This document shows, piece after piece, positions 27,784 through 35,405 of a DNA stretch of 45,253 nucleotides. The notes beneath the pieces were generated by a model, which had not been told where the DNA came from, did no database searches, and saw only the letters and a program-made list of their open reading frames with translations. Location: positions 1 to 45,253 of the forward strand of contig MHMT01000012.1 of assembly GCA_001819435.1 (NCBI GenBank). The letters are read 5' to 3'. Source of the DNA: Candidatus Portnoybacteria bacterium RBG_13_40_8. Lineage in GTDB: Bacteria; Patescibacteriota; Minisyncoccia; RBG-13-40-8-A. A program made the position numbers and the translations under genes. Every line of letters begins with the position of its first letter. Within the stretch, counting starts at the first letter, position 1.

Positions 27784-27952
27784 GGCAAACCAACGAATCA
27801 TTTCTCCAGCACGAAGTCGCCGAATATTTGTTATTTAATGTATTTGCACAGGCGTTTCTGTTTCTCGCTAAGTCAATACGATTTAGCGATTTTTATTTTT
27901 ATCTAAGTCGGACTTAGCTGCGAAACGCTTCCGAAATGATTATTGGTTTGCC
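27784..27952. other. Multi-branched inverted-repeat structure (candidate ncRNA or MITE-like element)
   Basis: GGCAAACCAA..AATCATTTC pairs with GAAATGATT.TTGGTTTGCC; inner GCGTTTC/GAAACGC stem and two CTAAGTC hairpins. Confidence 0.6.
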
Positions 27953-27982
27953 CGAATGATAAATATGGTAAAATAGAAATAT

Positions 27983-29719
27983 ATGGATAATAAAGAGATA
28001 GCGAAAATTTTATATGAAATTTCGGAATATTTGTCTATGGAAGATGTGCCGTTTAAGCCAAGGGCTTATGAAAGAGCAGCCATGGCTATTGAAGAATTGG
28101 AGAATAGAGTAGAAGATATTTATAAAAAAGAAGGACTGGAGGGATTAATAAATATACCGACTGTCGGCAAGGGCATTGCCGAGAGGATTAAAGAACTGAT
28201 AAGGACCGGTAAAATCAGATATTACGAACAATTAAAGAAGAAAACCCCGGTTAAAGTTGATGAACTTACGGCTGTGGAAGGGGTCGGTCCAAAGATAATC
28301 AAGAGATTATACAAAGAAATTGGCGTAAAGAATTTAATCGATTTGGAAAAAGCGGCTATGGCCGGAAAAATCAGAAAACTGGAAGGCTTTGGTCAAAAAA
28401 GCGAGGAGAATATTTTAAGAGGAATAAATTTTCTCAAGAGTAGCGGTGGTCGTTTTGTTTTGGGGTTTATAATGCCGGAAGTAAGAGAGATTGAAAAAAG
28501 AATTGGTGATTTTCCTGGCGTTAAAAAAGCAATTATTGCCGGTTCAATCAGAAGAATGAAAGAAACAATCGGTGATGGCGATTTATTGGTTACCGTTTCT
28601 TCTCCGCGGGCAGGACAAAAGATAATGGAGATTTTCGTGAATATGCCTGAAGTAATGCACGTTTATAGTCAAGGACCGACAAAATCTTCGGTAAGACTGA
28701 AAAATGGTATGGATTTTGACCTTCGGGTTGTGCCGGAAGAAAGTTTTGGCGCAGCTTTGCAGTATTTTACCGGCAGCAAAGACCATAATATTGAATTAAG
28801 AAAAATTGCCATTAAAAAAGGATTAAAACTTAATGAATATGGAGTGTTTCGGGGTAAAAAAATGATTGTCGGCAAAAACGAAGAGGAGGTTTATAAAATT
28901 TTGGGCTTAAAATGGATGGAGCCGGAATTGAGAGAGAATGCAGGAGAAATCGAAGCTGCGCAAAATAATAGATTGCCGAAAATAATCGGCTATAACGACC
29001 TCCAAGGGGACTTGCAAATTCAGACAAATTGGACCGATGGCTCAAATTCCATTGAGGATTATGTTGAAGAAGCAATAAAATTGGGCTTGGAATATATTCT
29101 GATTACCGACCACACCAAAAGCCTGGCAATGACTCATGGATTGGATGAAAGAGGGTTGGCGAGACAGGGAAGGGAAATAGATAAAATAAATTCAAAGCTC
29201 AAAGCTCAAAACTCAAAACTTAGGGTGTTGAAGGGAGCCGAGGTTAATATTTTAAAGGATGGTCGACTGGATATCAAAGACGATACTTTACATAAATTAG
29301 ACGTAGTGGCTATTGCTGTTCATTCGGGATTTAAAATGTCCAAACGCGATATTACCGAAAGAATTATTAAAGCGATGAAAAATCCTCATACTGATATTTT
29401 GTTTCATCCCACGGGCAGGTTAATCAATCAAAGACCACCATATGAAGTGGATGTGGAAAAAATAATCAGAGTAGCCAAAGAAACTAAAACAGTCTTGGAA
29501 GTTAACGCTTATCCGAATAGGTTGGATTTAAAAGACGAATACGCGCGCATGGCTAAGAATATGGGTGTGAAATTATCCATTGACTCGGACGCTCACCACG
29601 TTTCGCATCTTCATTTTTTGGAATTCGGCATTGCTCAGGCTCGTAGAGGATGGGTGGAGAAAAAGGATGTGATAAATGCCTGGCCAGTAGAAAAAATGTT
29701 AAAAATGCTGAAACATTAA
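27983..29719 (+). CDS. polX: DNA polymerase/3'-5' exonuclease PolX with PHP domain
   Basis: AGSIRR.KETIGD.D, ALQYFTGSK.HN, ITDH, HPTGR, SDAH motifs. Confidence 0.93.
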   Translation: MDNKEIAKILYEISEYLSMEDVPFKPRAYERAAMAIEELENRVEDIYKKEGLEGLINIPTVGKGIAERIKELIRTGKIRYYEQLKKKTPVKVDELTAVEGVGPKIIKRLYKEIGVKNLIDLEKAAMAGKIRKLEGFGQKSEENILRGINFLKSSGGRFVLGFIMPEVREIEKRIGDFPGVKKAIIAGSIRRMKETIGDGDLLVTVSSPRAGQKIMEIFVNMPEVMHVYSQGPTKSSVRLKNGMDFDLRVVPEESFGAALQYFTGSKDHNIELRKIAIKKGLKLNEYGVFRGKKMIVGKNEEEVYKILGLKWMEPELRENAGEIEAAQNNRLPKIIGYNDLQGDLQIQTNWTDGSNSIEDYVEEAIKLGLEYILITDHTKSLAMTHGLDERGLARQGREIDKINSKLKAQNSKLRVLKGAEVNILKDGRLDIKDDTLHKLDVVAIAVHSGFKMSKRDITERIIKAMKNPHTDILFHPTGRLINQRPPYEVDVEKIIRVAKETKTVLEVNAYPNRLDLKDEYARMAKNMGVKLSIDSDAHHVSHLHFLEFGIAQARRGWVEKKDVINAWPVEKMLKMLKH

Positions 29720-29842
29720 AATCTCTAATCTCGAAATTCCAATCTCTAAACAATCTCAAATACCAAAAAACCAAAACACTTTTGAATTTTGAAATTTGAG
29801 ATTTGAACTTATTTAGAAATTAGAGATTAGGATTTAGAAATT
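29720..29842. repeat. Heptamer palindromic element E8 (AATCTCT type)
   Basis: Left arm nearly identical to E7; complete complementary right arm ending TTAGAAATTAGAGATTAGGATTTAGAAATT. Confidence 0.85.
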
Positions 29843-30254
29843 GAAAAATTTTTTGAATAAAAAATTTTATATATTTTGGCTGCCAGTTATATTATGGGCG
29901 GGAATTATATTCTGGCTTTCTTCAATTCCTGATTTGGAAAGCGGATTAAAGCAGGATTTTATTTTGCGAAAAATTGCCCATATTTTGGAATTTGCCATTC
30001 TGACATTTTTACTAATCCGAGCAATAAATCAAGAAAATTTATCTATCAAGAAAACAATAATTTTCTCTTTGATTATTGCTCTTTTTTATGCTCTGTCTGA
30101 TGAATATCATCAGACTTTTATCGGAGGTCGCCAAGGGGCATTGAGAGACGCCGGGATTGATAGTATCGGTATTTTATTGACTGGTTTAGTGTGGTATATT
30201 AAAAAGAGGAACCCTGTACCGCAAGAGGTGCAGGGCGGGGGTCGACAAAATTAA
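29841..30254 (+). CDS. VanZ family membrane protein
   Basis: RKIAH..EF..L, YA.SDEYHQ.F..GR.....D...D. Confidence 0.85.
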   Translation: MKNFLNKKFYIFWLPVILWAGIIFWLSSIPDLESGLKQDFILRKIAHILEFAILTFLLIRAINQENLSIKKTIIFSLIIALFYALSDEYHQTFIGGRQGALRDAGIDSIGILLTGLVWYIKKRNPVPQEVQGGGRQN

Positions 30255-30279
30255 TAACTAAATTTAATTTAATTTGATT

Positions 30280-30633
30280 ATGTTTTATAATTGTTGTCAT
30301 TTTGGTTTTTTGGCAGTTGTTTTGATTGTTTTAGGCGCCTTGGCTCTTTTGACCAACATGGGTTGGATAAATTCGAGTATTTGGCAATGGTGGCCGATTT
30401 TAATTGTTGGCGCGGGAATTTATCTTTTGATTATTCAGAAAAGAAGGAAAAAAATGACCATTCCCCGCGTTTTGGAAAGAATAGCCAGCGACGAAAAAGT
30501 TCAGGAAAAGCTTTCGAAAATCATCAATACCGTTGATGAAGTTGTGGATAAAAAACTGGATGAATGGCATAAGGAGGTAAGCCACAAAAAACCAACGAAA
30601 GATGAAGATATTGGCGGAGAACAAGAGAGCTAA
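30280..30633 (+). CDS. Small membrane protein, DUF5668/LiaF-like N-terminus
   Basis: LIVLG...LL.N.G......W.WWP.LIV..G pattern; start codon uncertain (30274 or 30280). Confidence 0.6.
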   Translation: MFYNCCHFGFLAVVLIVLGALALLTNMGWINSSIWQWWPILIVGAGIYLLIIQKRRKKMTIPRVLERIASDEKVQEKLSKIINTVDEVVDKKLDEWHKEVSHKKPTKDEDIGGEQES

Positions 30634-31045
30634 ATTCGATTACGAATTACTGGAAACCTACGAAGCCGGTTTGGTTCTTCGGGGATTTGAGGTGAAAGCA
30701 ATAAAAACCGGCCATGTTAATTTATTGGGCTCTTATGTCGTAGGTAGGGAGAGCGAATTTTATTTAATAAATGCTTTTATTCCGTCTTATCAGCCGTCAA
30801 ATACTCCGGAAGATTACGACCCCTATAGAAGCAGAAAACTGTTATTAAAAAAAAACGAGATTAATTCTTTAATCGGGAAAGGCAAGACAAAAGGATTGAC
30901 ATTAATTCCAATAAAGATATATACTAAAAAATCCAGGATAAAACTGGAATTTGCCGTCGGAAAAGGCAAGAGAAAGATTGATAAGAGGGAGATAATAAAA
31001 AAGCGCGACATGGAACGAGAGGCTGGACGTCGTTTTAAAAATTAG
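30602..31045 (+). CDS. smpB: SsrA-binding protein SmpB
   Basis: N.RA.FDY...ETYEAGLVL.G.EVKAI, R.RKLLL.K.EI, GKGK...DKRE. Confidence 0.96.
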   Translation: MKILAENKRAKFDYELLETYEAGLVLRGFEVKAIKTGHVNLLGSYVVGRESEFYLINAFIPSYQPSNTPEDYDPYRSRKLLLKKNEINSLIGKGKTKGLTLIPIKIYTKKSRIKLEFAVGKGKRKIDKREIIKKRDMEREAGRRFKN

Positions 31046-31097
31046 AATTTTGAATTTAGAATTTGTTTAGAAATTAGAAATTAGAAATTAGAAATTT
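31039..31097. repeat. Solo right arm of the heptamer element (E9)
   Basis: GAATTTT GAATTTA GAATTT GTTT (AGAAATT)4, similar to the E8 right arm. Confidence 0.75.
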
Positions 31098-31116
31098 CAT
31101 TGTGAAGCAATGGTAA

Positions 31117-31475
31117 GGGGGTGAAGGGTTTCGACAGAAAGTACTTTTAAAATAAGCAAGTCGAGGATGTCAGTTAGCTCGTAAAAATCTGGCAAAATAT
31201 AAGTGCAGTAAATTTTGCACCCGCTGTAGCTTAATACCTATAGCAATCTTAATCACCAACTCTCAATAGGTGATTAAGGTTTCATAGTTCCTCATTTGAG
31301 GTATTGAGATAAGTGTTTTAGTCTGTCCAAGCTAAAAGACTGATAAAAATTGGACTAGATTATTTGGATTTTTGTCTGTTTTATATTCATATAATCGAAT
31401 TCAATAAACAGAATATGCTTGTAGATTTATTTTAAAAAAACTTTTTGGATAGGAGTTCAACTCTCCTCACCTCCA
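31117..31475 (+). ncRNA. ssrA: tmRNA; predicted tag peptide (A)AVNFAPAVA
   Basis: 5' GGGGGTG...GGTTTCGAC; 3' AGGAG-TTCAACT-CTCCT T-arm and CACCTCC-A acceptor strand with G3.U; tag frame 31205-31234; adjacent to smpB. Confidence 0.93.
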
Positions 31476-31476
31476 C

Positions 31477-31604
31477 ATAAATTTTTCGCTTCGCTCAAAA
31501 TTTGAGTATTTAGTATTTTGTAGTTTGTATTTTGGGCGAGTGAACTATTTTTAAAAAAGCGAAAAATTTATCCCTAATTACAAATTACACACACTAATTA
31601 CAAA
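31477..31604. repeat. Nested inverted repeats between ssrA and the 4HB gene
   Basis: 15-bp perfect IR 31477-31491/31557-31571; 31501-31536 is imperfectly complementary to the AATTACA units at 31572-31604. Confidence 0.75.
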
Positions 31605-31952
31605 ATGTTTGATTTCGAAAATCTTGACGTTTATCAAAAATCAAAAGAACTGAACAAAGAAATTCTTAAATTCCTTAAAGAAAATAAATATATCGATTCC
31701 TATTTGAAAGACCAGCTTCGTCGGGCATCAATAAGTATAGTTATTAATATTGCCGAAGGAAGTGGTAAATATTCTAAAGCGGACAAAAAGAATTTTTATA
31801 CAACTGCGCGAGGGTCAGTATACGAATGTGTTTCATTATTTGAGATAATTTTAGAAGAGAATCAAATTACCAAAGAAAATTTTGATAGTTTTTACCAAAA
31901 ATACGAAATTATTTCCAAAATGTTATTGGGATTGATAAATAGTCAAAGATAG
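31605..31952 (+). CDS. Four helix bundle protein (23S rRNA IVP / Avd-like family), second subfamily
   Basis: FENLDVYQKS, DQLRRASISI..NIAEG.G, F...ARGS..EC. Confidence 0.92.
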   Translation: MFDFENLDVYQKSKELNKEILKFLKENKYIDSYLKDQLRRASISIVINIAEGSGKYSKADKKNFYTTARGSVYECVSLFEIILEENQITKENFDSFYQKYEIISKMLLGLINSQR

Positions 31953-31986
31953 TAAACACTTCTTCAAAAAAACGATTTCTAAATCA

Positions 31987-32547
31987 ATGTTTATAAGAAA
32001 ACCATTTTTCTTCAAAAAATTTCATAAAGGACCGAGAATCGTGGCCAATGAACAAATTAGAGCCCTCCAAGTTCAGGTGATTGATGAAACCGGAAAAAAT
32101 TTGGGGATTTTTGATACAAATAAAGCTATCGAGCTTGCCAAAGAAAGAGAGCTGGATTTGGTAGAGATTTCATCAAAGATTCAGCCGCCTATTTGCAAAA
32201 TAATCAATTACGGAAAATATCAATATATCCAAGAGAAAAAAATTAAAAAACAAAAAGCCCAGCAGAAAAAATTCGAAGTAAAGGAAATAAGAATAGGCTT
32301 CACGACCTCTCCACACGATTTAGAAATAAAAGCCAGGAAAGTGGAAGATTTCTTAAAAGATGGTCACAAGGTAAAAGTCGATATGAAGTTAAGAGGCAGA
32401 GAAAAAGCCCACGGAGATCTTGCCAGAGAGAAATTAAATACTTTTTTAACTATGATTACCATCGATTTTAAGATGGAGGAAGAGATAAAAAGAACCCCCA
32501 TGGGATTTACTTTACTAATATGCCCGGGAAAACCAAAAAATCAATAA
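31987..32547 (+). CDS. infC: Translation initiation factor IF-3
   Basis: NEQIRA..V.VIDE.G, LDLVEI, KI..YGKY.Y, FL..G.KVKV....RGRE. Confidence 0.95.
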   Translation: MFIRKPFFFKKFHKGPRIVANEQIRALQVQVIDETGKNLGIFDTNKAIELAKERELDLVEISSKIQPPICKIINYGKYQYIQEKKIKKQKAQQKKFEVKEIRIGFTTSPHDLEIKARKVEDFLKDGHKVKVDMKLRGREKAHGDLAREKLNTFLTMITIDFKMEEEIKRTPMGFTLLICPGKPKNQ

Positions 32548-32708
32548 GTAAAAGGTTTAGAATAACTAAGAACAAAAAACTGATGCGTCGACCGCAGCAC
32601 CAGGATCATTTGAGTGCCGGAGATTCAGGCAAAGAGAGAAGAAGGAAAAAAGGATTTAAAATGGTCAAAGACAACACGGCCAAACAGTTAATAAATACAC
32701 AATGCTAA
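32520..32708 (+). CDS. rpmI: 50S ribosomal protein L35
   Basis: KT.KS..KRFRIT...K; position between infC and rplT. Confidence 0.88.
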   Translation: MPGKTKKSISKRFRITKNKKLMRRPQHQDHLSAGDSGKERRRKKGFKMVKDNTAKQLINTQC

Positions 32709-32709
32709 T

Positions 32710-33057
32710 ATGACAAGAGTTAAAAGAGGAGTTCAAAAAAGAAAAAGACGAAAGAAGGTTATAAAACAAGCCAAGGGATTCAAATGGGGGAGAAAAGCTA
32801 AATACAGGTTAGCCAAGGATGCTTTGCGTCACGCTTGGACTTACGCTTATCGTGACAGAAGAGCAAAAAAGCGGGAATTTCGTCAGCTTTGGAATATAAA
32901 AATCAATGCTATCTGCAGGGAAAATGGAATTTCCTATAGTCGATTTATAAATGCCATAAAAAAGGAAGGAATTATTATTGATAGAAAAATTTTGGCAGAA
33001 CTTGCCGAATTCAACCCCGATATATTTAAAAAAATTATTGAGAATGTAAAAAAATAA
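32710..33057 (+). CDS. rplT: 50S ribosomal protein L20
   Basis: MTRVKRG, AYRDRR.KKREFRQLW, SYSRFI, DRKILAELA. Confidence 0.97.
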   Translation: MTRVKRGVQKRKRRKKVIKQAKGFKWGRKAKYRLAKDALRHAWTYAYRDRRAKKREFRQLWNIKINAICRENGISYSRFINAIKKEGIIIDRKILAELAEFNPDIFKKIIENVKK

Positions 33058-33075
33058 TAGCGAGACGACAGTGTT

Positions 33076-33098
33076 AAAGGGGCTGAAAAGCCCCTTTT
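33076..33098 (+). terminator. Intrinsic terminator after rplT
   Basis: AAAGGGGCT-GAAA-AGCCCCTTTT. Confidence 0.8.
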
Positions 33099-33130
33099 AA
33101 TAATCTAAAAATTGAGTTAAAATTAAATCA

Positions 33131-34837
33131 ATGACAGTTAAAGACGAGATAAAAAGCTTAATCTCTAAAACAACAAGAGAGAAAGTTGAATTTATAGTTG
33201 AGACACCCGAAATTAGAAATTATGGCGATTATGCCACTAATATTGCTTTGGTTTTGGCCAAAAAACTCAAAAAAGACCCGATTCAGATTGCCGAAGAGAT
33301 TAAATTTAAGCTCATTTCGTTTTTGAAAAAGGGAGATATAATCGAAAAAATAGAAATAGTTAAACCTGGATTTATAAACTTATTTTTGAAACCGGATTTT
33401 TTACAGAAAGAGTTGAAAAGTATTTTAAAGCAAGACAATAAATTTGGCAGCCAGGATATCGGGGGAAATAAAAATGTGATAATCGATTATTCTTCGCCTA
33501 ATGTGGCCAAACCGATGCATGTTGGCCATTTACGCTCAACTATTATTGGTCAGGCAATTTATAATTTGTATAAATTTTTAGGTTATAAAACCATTGGCGA
33601 CAATCATCTTGGCGACTGGGGCACTCAGTTCGGAATCATGATTGCCGGATGCAAGAAATATAAACCGAATATTTCGAATCTTGAAAAGATTACCACAGAT
33701 GAGATGTTGAATATTTATGTTAAATTTAATCGAGAGATTGGAGAAAATCCCGATTTACAGGAAGTAGCCAAGCAGGAATTTAAAAAACTGGAAGACGGAG
33801 ACAGGGAGAATCGAGAAATTTGGAGAATTCTAAGAAGAAAGTCGTTGGAAGATTTTAATAAAATCTACGAAATCCTAAAAATTAAATTTGATTTTATTCT
33901 CGGGGAAAGTTTTTATGAGGAACATCTGAAAGAAGAAGTTCAACATGCTCTGAAAAAGAAAGTAGCCGTTACAAATTCCGACGGTTCGATAATCATTCCC
34001 CTGGATGAATTTAACCTGATTCCATTTTTAATTCAGAAATCCGACGGAGCAACGCTTTATGGGACAAGAGACTTAGCCACCATAAGAGAGAGAGTTAAAA
34101 AATTCAAACCAGAAAAAATAGTTTATGTAATCGGCAATGAACAAGCCTTTTATTTGCAGCAGTTTTTTCGCGCAGCTGAACTTTTGGGGTATATTTCTTA
34201 CAATAAATTATTTCATATAAAATTTGGTTTAGTTTTGGACGAAAACCACAAGAAATTAGCCACTCGCGAAGGACGGGTAGTTAGCGCTGAAGAATTGATA
34301 AATAAGGTTATCGAATTGGCAGAAAAAATAATCAAAGAAAAAAACCCCAAATTACCGGACAAAGAAAGAGAGAGAGCAGCCAAAATCATCGGTATTGGCG
34401 CATTAAAATATAATGATTTATCACAAAATCGCCAAACAGATATTGTTTTTGATTGGGCCAAAATGCTGAGTTTTGAAGGTAATTCCGGGCCCTATCTGCA
34501 ATACACCTATGTTCGATTGGCGAGCATTATAAGAAAAACAAAATTAACTGATTTTAATCCCAAATTTCTGAAAGAAGAAAAAGAAATAGGAATTTTAAAA
34601 GAACTGATAAGATTCCCCGAAATTGTCCGAGAGACAGCCGAGAATTTTCAGATAAATAATTTAGCCAATTATTTATTTAAACTTGCAAATTCCATGAACA
34701 GTTTTTATGAGTCATTACCGGTTTTAAAAGCCGAGGAAAATATTAAATCAGCTCGATTAGCCCTAATTAAGGCAGCTTCAATTGTTTTGAGAAACGGCCT
34801 GAATTTATTGGGGATTGAAACATTAGACAAAATGTAA
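33131..34837 (+). CDS. argS: Arginine--tRNA ligase
   Basis: DYSSPNVAKPMHVGHLRSTIIG, GDWGTQFG, GPYLQY. Confidence 0.97.
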   Translation: MTVKDEIKSLISKTTREKVEFIVETPEIRNYGDYATNIALVLAKKLKKDPIQIAEEIKFKLISFLKKGDIIEKIEIVKPGFINLFLKPDFLQKELKSILKQDNKFGSQDIGGNKNVIIDYSSPNVAKPMHVGHLRSTIIGQAIYNLYKFLGYKTIGDNHLGDWGTQFGIMIAGCKKYKPNISNLEKITTDEMLNIYVKFNREIGENPDLQEVAKQEFKKLEDGDRENREIWRILRRKSLEDFNKIYEILKIKFDFILGESFYEEHLKEEVQHALKKKVAVTNSDGSIIIPLDEFNLIPFLIQKSDGATLYGTRDLATIRERVKKFKPEKIVYVIGNEQAFYLQQFFRAAELLGYISYNKLFHIKFGLVLDENHKKLATREGRVVSAEELINKVIELAEKIIKEKNPKLPDKERERAAKIIGIGALKYNDLSQNRQTDIVFDWAKMLSFEGNSGPYLQYTYVRLASIIRKTKLTDFNPKFLKEEKEIGILKELIRFPEIVRETAENFQINNLANYLFKLANSMNSFYESLPVLKAEENIKSARLALIKAASIVLRNGLNLLGIETLDKM

Positions 34838-34838
34838 A

Positions 34839-35405
34839 ATGAACTTGAGAAATACTTATTTCATAATGCGTCACGGTGGGTCAAAATGTAATGTAGAAGA
34901 ATTTATGTGTTCTTGGCCGGAAAAGCAGGAGTCACCTCTTACTAAAGATGGTAGGGCGCAAATTAAAATGATAATTCCTAAGGCAAAAAAAGCAAGGATA
35001 GATTTGATATTCTCTTCTGATCTTTTAAGAGCAAGACAGACGGCTCAAATTGTAGCTGAGGCGCTTGGGCTGAAAGTAAAATTTGACAAAAGATTAAGAG
35101 AATATAATTTTGGAATATACAACGGTAGACCGGCAGAAGAATGGGTTAGGTTTTTAAATGGTCAAAGGGATATGTTTAAAAAAAGACCGCCGAAAGGAGA
35201 AACAAGAAGAGAAATAAGAAAAAGAATGCTTGATTTTATAAAAGATATTGATAAAAAATATAAAAATAAAAGAATTCTTATTGTCAGTCATCGCGAACCA
35301 TTATTGGAATTACAAGCGGGCCTGATGGGTTTAAGTGATGAGGAAATATATAATAACAGCGTAAAATTAAGACTTGATACAGGAGAATTTAGAAAATTAT
35401 GCTAA
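34839..35405 (+). CDS. Histidine phosphatase family protein
   Basis: MRHG, SSDL.RA.QTA, RLRE..FG, LIVSH. Confidence 0.88.
   Translation: MNLRNTYFIMRHGGSKCNVEEFMCSWPEKQESPLTKDGRAQIKMIIPKAKKARIDLIFSSDLLRARQTAQIVAEALGLKVKFDKRLREYNFGIYNGRPAEEWVRFLNGQRDMFKKRPPKGETRREIRKRMLDFIKDIDKKYKNKRILIVSHREPLLELQAGLMGLSDEEIYNNSVKLRLDTGEFRKLC

Noticed and set aside
27784-27952. 6S RNA
   Set aside because: The internal loop is one-sided and the apex is branched, unlike the two-sided central bubble rod of 6S; not excluded without a covariance search
14989-31097. CRISPR array or integron attC array
   Set aside because: No constant repeat with unique equal-length spacers, no cas or integrase gene, and no consistent RYYYAAC/GTTRRRY ends seen
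31605-31952. 4HB genes as 23S rRNA intervening sequences
   Set aside because: No rRNA sequence flanks either gene
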